From assembly GCF_025526975.1 (NCBI RefSeq), contig NW_026515672.1, forward strand, positions 186,001 through 250,000: a stretch of DNA of 64,000 bases, in the 5' to 3' direction. Position numbers and translations under genes: made by a program. This document shows positions 1 through 8,461 of the stretch, in pieces; the stretch's first letter is position 1; each line of letters begins with the position of its first letter. The stretch comes from Fimicolochytrium jonesii. Lineage: Eukaryota. The notes beneath the pieces were generated by a model. The model ran no database searches, had not been told where the DNA came from, and saw only the letters and a program-made list of their open reading frames with translations.

Positions 1-848
1 GAGGTGTTCGATGGGATCCCAGGTTCGCTATAGGGTATCGTCTGGCCCGCATTGACCTGACCGAGAAGACACGGCGACGAGACGTCGGGCACGTCGAATT
101 GGATGTAAGCAATCTTGGATAGCTGTTCCAAGCGCTGCAAGAACCCCACAGCGTACACCTCCTTCAGGCCCAATGCGCTTTTGTCAATTGGAATTCCAAC
201 ATCCGTAGGGACCGCTGTGGCCGAATTGCACAAATGCAGTTTATATGCCTTCTGCTTTCCATCGGGAAACGTAACGGTGGCTAATTTGTAGTTTTTGTTG
301 TATGTGACCTGGAAGTTCTTTGCATGCTCTGTCAAGAGAAATCGGTTTAAGTTCCCGGCTTTGTGTCCATACATCTTCACGCTTCTGCCTTCGTTGGGTG
401 CGCTCCCTCCTAATACTTCGGCACTGCGTCGTCATGGCCGTGGACGACTACCATATAACTTGGACGCCTCTCTACATGCGACTCGCGCGCGCCTTCCTAC
501 AATTGACGACATCAAAGCCTTCCTACAATTGACGACCCTTCCCAACCAACCCTGCCACATCTCACAAGCAGCTGCCACATATTGCTCCTACAACTCCCAA
601 TTCTTCTTGCGTCTCCGCCAGAGCCCAACAGACCCCAGCGTCTCCACCTGTTCCACTAGCAGTGAACGACACTCACTAATTTCAACTCGGTTTGCCGCAT
701 CGGCGAAGTAATCCTTATTCGCATCAAACTTGTTCGGTGATTCAATTGGCCCACCGGTGCAAATCGGCGTTGTGGTTTGCGCATTCACGAAAGCCGAAAC
801 GCTCGCAAGTGCCAACAGGCACAGAGACTTGAGATGGAGTCGTAACAT
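1..848 (-). CDS. Secreted CBA1-like / periplasmic substrate-binding-fold protein (cobalamin/iron-chelate binding family); partial, runs off the window start
   Basis: ATG at 848 with signal peptide MLRLHLKSLCLLALASVSAFVNA. Exon 1 848..677, GTGAGT...TTGACAG intron 676..329, exon 2 328..1 open to the edge. Spliced protein: FDANKDYFADAANRVEIKHAKNFQVTYNKNYKLATV...YKLHLC...IPIDKSAL...VGFLQRLEQL...VSSPCL, matching the DYF..V...A.NF.V.Y.NNYK / Y.L..C / IP / SSPCL motif series I recognise from CBA1-type proteins. Confidence 0.7.
491..536. repeat. Direct repeat of the 20-mer GCCTTCCTACAATTGACGAC (2 copies, period 26) inside the intron of the CBA1-like gene
   Basis: Identical copies at 491..510 and 517..536. 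Confidence 0.9.
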
Positions 849-1645
849 GGTGACCGTATTGGTTGGCGACGGTTGTCTCCTGCGAGGATTGTCCATGCAC
901 AGGTGCGGAAACGGAGGAACGGAAAAGACAAGCGCAAGAAGCGCAAAGCTCGCAAAGCGGGAGACGACTCGTCACGTGATTCAACAAGTCGCCTCCTCCC
1001 TCTCTTCCACCCTTCCACCACAGCTTCCACCACGCTCAGCACAACCATCTAACCGTCTGATGCCCACCGGCGCCACGGATGCTATCAGTTGGTGCTCAGA
1101 GCCTTAGGAAGAATACTCACTACAGGGTCGACTGACGCGCAAGTCCGTCTCTGAAGATGCTCTCGGGATTACCTACATGTGCTTTCCAGCTGGAGGCAGT
1201 CACCATGGCGATGCGCTAAGATTCGGTCGGAGCGTTGGCGATGAGGCATCGACGAGGGCGCTGAAGGGTTCAGGCCTGAACAAGAAGTGTGGAAGGAAAC
1301 CGTCCCCCACCCAGAGATATTGAAGGTGGGGACAACGTCTTCCTCCACGAAAACCTCGTACAGTTCTTTCGCTCTCCACACCAGTTGCAAAAGAACAAGT
1401 CATCCTTCAAAAAGGTCCACCTCGTCTCAAAACTCGCTCTCGACTTCTTGAGCGTGGTACGATATAAAGAAACAACAGCTGAATAGACCATGGCAATAGC
1501 TCACCTTTCTGACCTCACAAAGGCACGAAAAAAAGAGCACTTCGTGAATCCAAATGTGAGTGAAAGTCGGTTGCGTTATCTTTGCGTTTTCACACCTTGC
1601 TTGTATTGCTTCTAGCGTGAAACTGATCCGTCTAGGACTCGTCCA

Positions 1646-3121
1646 ATGGAGCAGATGCAAAAGCTCCGAATTAGTCTAGTATCGCTGGATTGGCTGAGAC
1701 CGAAGGATCCGCGGATTGCGCTTGGACATGCGTCGATCAAAGCTAAACTGACACAAAGCCAATTCGCCGAGCGCTTGGACGTCAAGGATCACTCCTTCAA
1801 CGTCAATCCAAGCCAATCGCTTCCGGCAGACTTGCTGAGCACGGCTGAAGAAGCAGCTGATGAGATCTTGGCGAGCAAGCCGGATCTTGTGGCATTTGGT
1901 GGATATGTTTGGAACGAATCTTATGTACAAAATATTCACAAGATCTTGGCGACTTCAAACCCGCGAAACACCTTCAACATACTAATGGGTCCGCAGACTT
2001 CCTATGCTCCAAAAGGGACGCTCGAATCATTCTATCCCTTCAGCGACATCTTCATCCGAGGCTATGCAGAAGACGCATTTCGCGACGTTGTCGAAAACAT
2101 GTTGCTACTTCGCAATGAACGGATTCGCGGAGTCCATCATGCGGGAGGGCACGACGATGGTTCTATGGCCAATGTCGATCTCAACGCCGCCCCATCGCCA
2201 TTTACTGAAGTAATCGACTTGAACAAGCACGAATTTATACGCTGGGAGACACAAAGAGGTTGTCCATTCCGTTGCACATTTTGTCAACATCGCGACTCTT
2301 ACCAGAAGCGATCCTTATTCAATTTACCGAAGCGAATTGCTGGAGAGATCCACGAAATCTGCTCAGAGCGAAGCGCTGTGCGCGATATCGCTGTTCTCGA
2401 TCCTACCTTCAACTCGGGACCGCACTACATTTCGGTCATCGAAGAGTTGACCCAACGTGGATACGCAGGGCGCCTTGCACTGCAGTGTCGCTTCGAGATG
2501 ATGCGGCCCGAGTTCGTTGAAGCCGTTCGGAGGCTTATCACGGTCAACAATGCGAAAGTCATACTTGAGTTTGGGATACAGACGATCATAATGGCCGAAA
2601 TGAAGGAGATTCAGCGCATCAACAACCTGGAGAAGGTCAAGTTCTGGGCGGAGCAACTGCATGCCGCGGAGATTCCCTTCGAGATCTCCCTCATCTACGG
2701 TCGCCCACATCAGACCGTCGATACATTCAAGAGGAGCATCGATTTCTGCCACGAACTGAAGCCAACTACCATGTATGCATGGCCCCTGATGCTACTTCGT
2801 GGCACAGAGTTAGAACGAAAGAAAGGGGTTCTCCAGTTGGAGGAAGGCGTGTTAGAGGAGGAAGGGGAGCAAAGATTCGTGGAGAAGCAGCGGATTCTAG
2901 GTGGAATCCCGCATGTTATGAGCTCGCCATCATTCAGCAAGAAGGAATGGTTTGAGATGCGCGATATAGCCGCAAGTCTTAACCTTCATGAGGATTATAT
3001 GTTGTACATAATCTGCTATTCTTTGCATGTTATGAATGTACGCCAATACTTGCCTGTAGTCACCTTACGGTCATACATGCATAATCCCATCGCAATCCGC
3101 GTACGCAAACTCTCAGAATAA
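1646..3121 (+). CDS. B12-binding-domain radical SAM protein (class B-like), intronless, bacterial-type
   Basis: 491-aa ORF. N-terminal cobalamin-binding Rossmann motifs (ALGHASI, KPDLVAFGGYVWN, ILMGPQTSY, DIFIRGYAE), CxxxCxxC in ETQRGCPFRCTFC, then LDPTFN, LEFGIQT, LIYGRPHQT and PLMLLRGTEL. The last ~45 aa look non-conserved. Confidence 0.88.
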   Translation: MEQMQKLRISLVSLDWLRPKDPRIALGHASIKAKLTQSQFAERLDVKDHSFNVNPSQSLPADLLSTAEEAADEILASKPDLVAFGGYVWNESYVQNIHKILATSNPRNTFNILMGPQTSYAPKGTLESFYPFSDIFIRGYAEDAFRDVVENMLLLRNERIRGVHHAGGHDDGSMANVDLNAAPSPFTEVIDLNKHEFIRWETQRGCPFRCTFCQHRDSYQKRSLFNLPKRIAGEIHEICSERSAVRDIAVLDPTFNSGPHYISVIEELTQRGYAGRLALQCRFEMMRPEFVEAVRRLITVNNAKVILEFGIQTIIMAEMKEIQRINNLEKVKFWAEQLHAAEIPFEISLIYGRPHQTVDTFKRSIDFCHELKPTTMYAWPLMLLRGTELERKKGVLQLEEGVLEEEGEQRFVEKQRILGGIPHVMSSPSFSKKEWFEMRDIAASLNLHEDYMLYIICYSLHVMNVRQYLPVVTLRSYMHNPIAIRVRKLSE

Positions 3122-3250
3122 ATATATGTCACGTCGCATTGTCGGGTTTTGTGCTTTGGCGTTGGGGGTAGGCGGAAGTAACCCGGGGTGAGACGTCTTG
3201 GTCCTTGGCCTGCAGTCCTTGGCTATTTCCATTATTTCTCCAATTCGGGC

Positions 3251-4478
3251 CTAATGAAGAGTGAGCTGACAATATCCGACCTTGACCCATCTCAAACCCC
3301 GAGCTTGGTTCGCACTAACCATTAATGCAGTCATGAAGAGTATAGCCGAAGTAGTGGGGATTTCGTTGCCTCGGTTGAGACTCGCCGGAATGGAAAACCG
3401 CCCTACCTCGACTGCCAGAAGAACCCCGCCGAAGACATAAACCTCGTAGGCGACACAGTCGGTTCCATAGATGGCGGCGGCAATCTTCAAAGATGCCCTG
3501 GATCCCGGATCCTCTGCCTTGAGATCATCGATCAACCATTCTATCGTATGGTCGATGGCCCGCGCTTTATGCTTCCTAGCCTCGCTAGGCTTGGCGTTGC
3601 CCGACTTGGCTTCAAATGCGGCAATCTTTTTCCCCCAACCCTTTGTACGCAATAGTCAGGTCTTAACTTCTTATACTTTTCTTGAGTATCGTCGCTAATA
3701 ACAAAGGATTTACCATTCTCGCTCCCTGCGGCGACAATCAACTTCGGTCGCCGGACTTACTAGAGCCATTCGATATCTTCAGCTACTAGAAAACCAAAAT
3801 GATGCTGGATTATTTCTAGCGGACCATGTCGGCTCGTTAACGTCGGGGCCGGGGATCGGCACAATTTTGCGCTCAAAAGGGGGTTTAAAATCACATTAAT
3901 AACCCGGCTGGCAAAGCGATCCCAAAATTGACAAAAGAAAGCACCCAGAATCCCCTGTGACTTGAATAGCTTCCTCTGGACCGACTTGCAGCGACAAACG
4001 CCACCTGCAGTCAGGTCGGACAGGTCCCGGTGGGCAAACGCGCCAACGAGCCTGCCACGAGAGTTTGGGGGACTACGCCACAAAAGCTAGCCAGCCGCCC
4101 TCCCGCTGTTCATAAAGCAGCCATACAAGTCGGACCGACTTGCAGTGACGAACGCCGCCTGCAGTCAGGTCGGACAGGTCCCGGTGTGCAAACGCGCCAA
4201 CGAGCCTGCCACGAGAGTTTGGGGGACTAAAGCCACGAAAGCTAGCCAGCCGCCCTCCCGGCACGTATGCCTTCGACTTGTTTCAGGGGATCGGCTCATA
4301 CAATAACACTTACCACGTTCACTGCTGCACCGAGCTCGCCATCAATCTTTCCCTTTAGTCGGCGAGCCGCCCGATCGGTCAAGTCCCATTCTGTCTCGGC
4401 AATGTCTTTCTGCGCTGCTGTGAGATCCACCAACCATTCCGACCATGACTTCCCGTCCTCGATGGAAGGGACGCTCAT
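3251..4478 (-). pseudogene. Degenerate PD-(D/E)xK restriction-endonuclease-fold gene (Crinkler/CR-REase-like)
   Basis: Fragments in different frames join into NEPTWSA / EIIQHHFGFLVAEDIEWL / KKLRPDYCVQRVG / GKKIAAFEAKS...YEVYVFGGVLLAVEVGRFSIPAS. At least two frameshifts (one in the G5A5 run at 3627..3636) and an internal duplication. A possible first exon (MSVPSIEDG..., from 4478) ends in a GTAAGT donor. Confidence 0.55.
3978..4260. repeat. Tandem direct duplication, ~128-bp unit, period 154
   Basis: 3978..4105 and 4132..4260 are near-identical (GGACCGACTTGCAG...GCCAGCCGCCCTCCCG) with only a few substitutions and one indel. Confidence 0.95.
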
Positions 4479-4955
4479 AACGCCTGCCGTGTAGGTATCT
4501 TGTAAATCGGAGCGCGGTTTGTTTCTTCCAGCTGCTGGATGGGTGAGATGGGGGAAGATGGGGGGATGCACGACGGGGGCAAGTTAACACTGCACAGGAC
4601 ATCTTCGGTACTTTTCAAAAGTGCTGGCTCTCGATGTCATGAACCACGACGCTGTCCGAAAACGCGTAAGCAACTCCGACTCTACGCGTTGCGAAACAGG
4701 CACCGGTGAACATGATAAAGACTGGGATATCTAATTAACTGTGACTCGCGTATCAGTGAACTTTTACTTGAAGAAATAAGATGGAGATTAGCGCATTTGC
4801 GTACTGCCAATGGGAATGCCATATACGCCGCACCGCAATACTAAGGGAAGACATGGAACCAGACAGAAGCGGAGCAAGATACGGATCGCTATGAACTTCC
4901 TGAGCAAAATGCAGCAACACGACAACGATGCCACGATGGTTGCTCAACTATAGTG

Positions 4956-7900
4956 CTAACCGCGCTCAGCACTGATGGCGGCACCACTCGCTCGGACGGG
5001 CTTCGCGTCGGCCGCAAGAGCTCCAGTTCCAGCTGCTCCGTTGATCTTGCCGGCGATGCCTACACCCTTCGAATCGGGAGTCTTGTCCGTAACAGCGGGG
5101 TCTTTGGTTGCTTTCTGAGGACTGACCGAGCGCGTATTGTCGCCGCTGTCACCGAAGAGCATCTTCCCATACAGCTTCTTTTCCTCGTCTTTGATTTTCT
5201 GCTGTTCTTTCAGAAGCGCGACTTTCGCGGCTTTGATTGCCGGGTCGTCTCGGTCAAGCTGTGAGAGATCCATTAGTAAGCACGTAGAGTTGTCTCCTGA
5301 GGAGGCCGCTTTGGTCAACATACGTCTTCAGCGGTATCCAACGCGCTCTGAGCCCCTTCCCAGTCCTTGAGCATAGTTTTGGCCCTGCCCAACCTATACC
5401 ACATCTTCGTATTTTGGGGGGCAACAGCCAACCCACCCTCACAAGCTCTTACGGCATCAGAAGCATCCAGAGTACGAATGTAAGCCTCGGCCAGATTAGA
5501 GTAGAGGGCGGTGCGGAGCTTCTGAATCTCCATGTCATCGTGCACGGAGGCGCCCCACGTGGTTCGGAGACGGTCTAGACCGGCCTTGTAGCTTTCTTGG
5601 GATAGATGGTAGGCGCCGGTTTTGAAGTGGGCGTTTCCGCGAGTTTTGTGAGTGGTGGCCTCTTCAATGCGTTGCGGGACAGGGTCTTGAGGCTGATGAG
5701 ATGCAAATTGTCAGCTATTGCTCCATTATAGCCTCCGTAGGCCGTTGAAGCCCTACCAGCTCGGCGTGTACGATTTCCAGATGGAAACACAAAGTGGCGT
5801 TGCCAGGCACCATCGGTTGATAACCTTCCTCGCCATAAGCTGTGAAATCAGGCGAATCCGAAGAAATGGTAAGCATCACTCGTATTCACCGGGACGGGCT
5901 ATGATGCGCCCGTGGAAAGTAACATACCGTATTCAGGTCCACAGATGATCTCGCTCTTCTCATTCACGTGCATAGTAGACACAGCCTTTTCCCACGCTTC
6001 GAGAACTTGGCCTGTGAGATAGGAAAATGTCAGGTTCTGTCCGGCGGGACAGAGCGCATGGTTATTCCGATTAAGTCTCACCGTCTCCATGGACATATTC
6101 AAAGGGACGACGGCCAGCGCTACTGTCAAATTCCTTCGGAGGATCGGTGCCATGCACCCAACCGGTGTAATGAACTACGTCCGATATGTAAGTAATGCCA
6201 CATGTGGAGCGACGTAAATCTCTGAACCCTCACCTTGAAGGTAAGACTGGGGAGTAATCAATGGGCCCGAACCACGTCGAAGGACCTTCTTCTTCAGGTT
6301 TCCATTGGGGTCCAGAAGAGTGTAGCCGTCCGCATCAACGCCGTAGTCGTGCACGACGGGTGCCGCCGGATGCGCTGCTGCAGGGGAAAATAGGGTTTAG
6401 TACCTCATTCGCAGATTCCGCATCTCGAACTCGTGCATACCTGGTGCAGGATCCTCGGCATTATTCCACTTTTCCTGGTCACCTTTCTCGGCCGCTTTGA
6501 CATTGCTCTCCCCTCCCGCTTCATCCCAATCCACCGGAGGAAGATCCTTCAATTCGACGCGCTCGCGTTCATTCTTTTGCTGCTCACGCGAAGGACCGAA
6601 CTGGGGTGGTTCGAGAGGGACATGCGATCCATCCTCAGCGATACGCCAGAACCGGCCATCTTTGCCCATCACAAAGCCGTTGGGAACACGACAGTCACCA
6701 ACGACACGGGAATCAGCCAAGTATTCCGGGATATCTTCCCATGTGTGCTCTCCATTGTAATCTCCCTCCCCTGGCTTTGCTTGAAGGAACGCACAGCCTT
6801 TCAAATCATGCCCTGGATGGCCGCATCTACAACAAACGCCGTCATTGCGACGCTGCCTCCAGAGCCAGTCCGGGATGTTACACTTCTGGCTGAGGCGGAG
6901 CTTTGGCTTCGTCGGGATCTCCATGGTGGAGAACTTGTAAGCGGCGCAGTCATTCCAGTCCTTCTTGCCATCGAGATCATCGTAGAGCGCGCAATCCTGG
7001 AGTCGGTGGCTAGGGTGGCCGCAACGGAGACAAACTTGGCACGCCTTGCGATGCTCCCACAACTCATACGAGATTCCCCAGCGACGACCACCACGGTCGC
7101 GATAGAAACTGTGCTCCTTTTTCTGGGCGGGCGCGGCTTGGTCTGGTATCGGAGTCTCCGTCGGTGCAGTGGGCTGCTTCATGATAGCCTCCCCGGCGGA
7201 CATGTCGTCCTGACCGTCAGCTTGGTCCCCATTCTGGTCGGCATCAGAAGCGTTCCTTTTGTTCTTGTTCTTGTTCTTCTTTTTCTTTTTGCGACCTGAT
7301 GTCTCAGCTAGCTCTTCCTCCGTGGGTGGGATAATCACGACAGGTTCCTGAGATGGGTACGGACGACACGATAGGATGAGATGTATATCCCTCCGACAAA
7401 GCCTACAAGAATTCTGGCAAGCCGATGCGGGTGATGAAGCTAGAGGCTACACGTACCCGCTCTTCGGTGTACTTGAGGCAAGAATGCTGGCCTTTCTCAA
7501 TCTCACAAACCTCCATAGGAAAGTAGGTAGGGCCCTGAAAGTTCAGGCATTATGGGCCGAATTAATCATGTCTCAAAACCAAAAAAAAGAGACGCAGTTC
7601 ACGTACCCCGGATTTCCTGACAACGACGCAAGCCAAGCCTGGATGATCCAATTTCTTTCCCCAGCGACTCTCGAAGTAATCGGCCACGCTTTTGCCGTCC
7701 ATGTCTCCGTCGAGGAAGATCTGATCAGCGCGCCTGGCTGTGAACTGCGAGATTCGGTAGCGACGTCTAAACTCTGGATTATGAGTAGTCAGAAAATTGT
7801 AGTTACGCAGCTCCAGCGTCAGGAAGTTGCAGTCTTCTTCACTGAGAGGCCGAGAGAAGGGATCGGCACGGGTCGGATATTGCTGTTTGAGAAGACGACC

Positions 7901-8461
7901 GACTACTTCGAGCATTGGCCCGCCGTCGAGGAACGAGTCTGTGCGAAGATCCGGATGATGATGAAATCCCTCCTCATCCTGAACCGTTTGGCCGGCTTGC
8001 TCAAGGGCTTCTGGGGTGGGCAGTCCACTTTCTTGGTGGTCCAACGTGGTGCGAGCGAGCCTGGAGAGCGCATCGACAGCCTTCTCAGTCAAACTTCGAA
8101 GATTCAGAATATCCCGTGTTGCGTCAGTTACCTGAGTTCCTCTTGCAAGGTTGAAGCCACAGCTTGCTTTTCGGAAATCTTTTGTCGAAGGTTGGCCATC
8201 CATGCTGAGCTGGAAGCATCCTCGTTTTTGACAGCTCTCTCCACGAGAGGTTCATCGACAACTGGGTGGCTTCCCTCGTCAGCGAACAGTTACCGGTTCA
8301 ATCAAGCAAAGAGCGGTCAATATACCTTCACGAAGGCTGACGGCGTTATCAGGAGTCTCCGTGGTGCTTGGTTTCTCAGCTTGTAGAATCTTGTTGCTAA
8401 CGGCAGCTGAAGAACCGTTGGCGTCGCGCTGGGTTTCTTGGGCAGGAGCCACGTTTCCCAT
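4956..8461 (-). CDS. Fusion protein: Argonaute-type PAZ + 2x CCHC zinc knuckle + FKBP-type PPIase + TPR (Hsp90 clamp), ~937 aa
   Basis: Manual model, all introns GT-AG and in frame: exons 8461-8326, 8261-8132, 8093-7607, 7534-7457, 7347-6441, 6377-6234, 6174-6082, 6011-5928, 5839-5757, 5692-5324, 5258-4956 (2814 nt). PAZ: TTHNPEFRRRYRISQFT...SVADYFESRWGKKLDHPGLACV...PTYFPMEVCEIEKGQ. Knuckles: CLRCGHPSHRLQDC and CCRCGHPGHDLKGC. FKBP: VHYTGW...FDSS...PFEY...GQVLEAWEKAVSTM...EYAYGEEG...VPGNATLCFHLEI. TPR: HKTRGNAHF...YSNLA...NTKMWYRLG...EKKLYGKM. The start codon and the 38-nt second intron are the least certain parts. Confidence 0.82.

Noticed and set aside
1140..1490. Short ORFs between the two B12-related genes, with faint resemblance to a retroelement integrase tail (RDIEGGDNVFL)
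   Set aside because: Too short and inconsistent across frames to support a call.
329..1645. Cobalamin riboswitch in the CBA1-like intron or the divergent promoter
   Set aside because: No B12-box or conserved core consensus recognised by eye.
3627..3636. In-phase G GGA AAA slippery heptamer (minus strand) that would join RPDY to FEAK by -1 ribosomal frameshifting
   Set aside because: Other frameshifts and an internal duplication upstream indicate a pseudogene; a homopolymer indel or sequencing error is simpler.
7376..8386. 336-aa plus-strand ORF, and the 288-aa ORF at 6433..7299
   Set aside because: Antisense shadows of the PAZ-fusion exons with no recognisable motifs.
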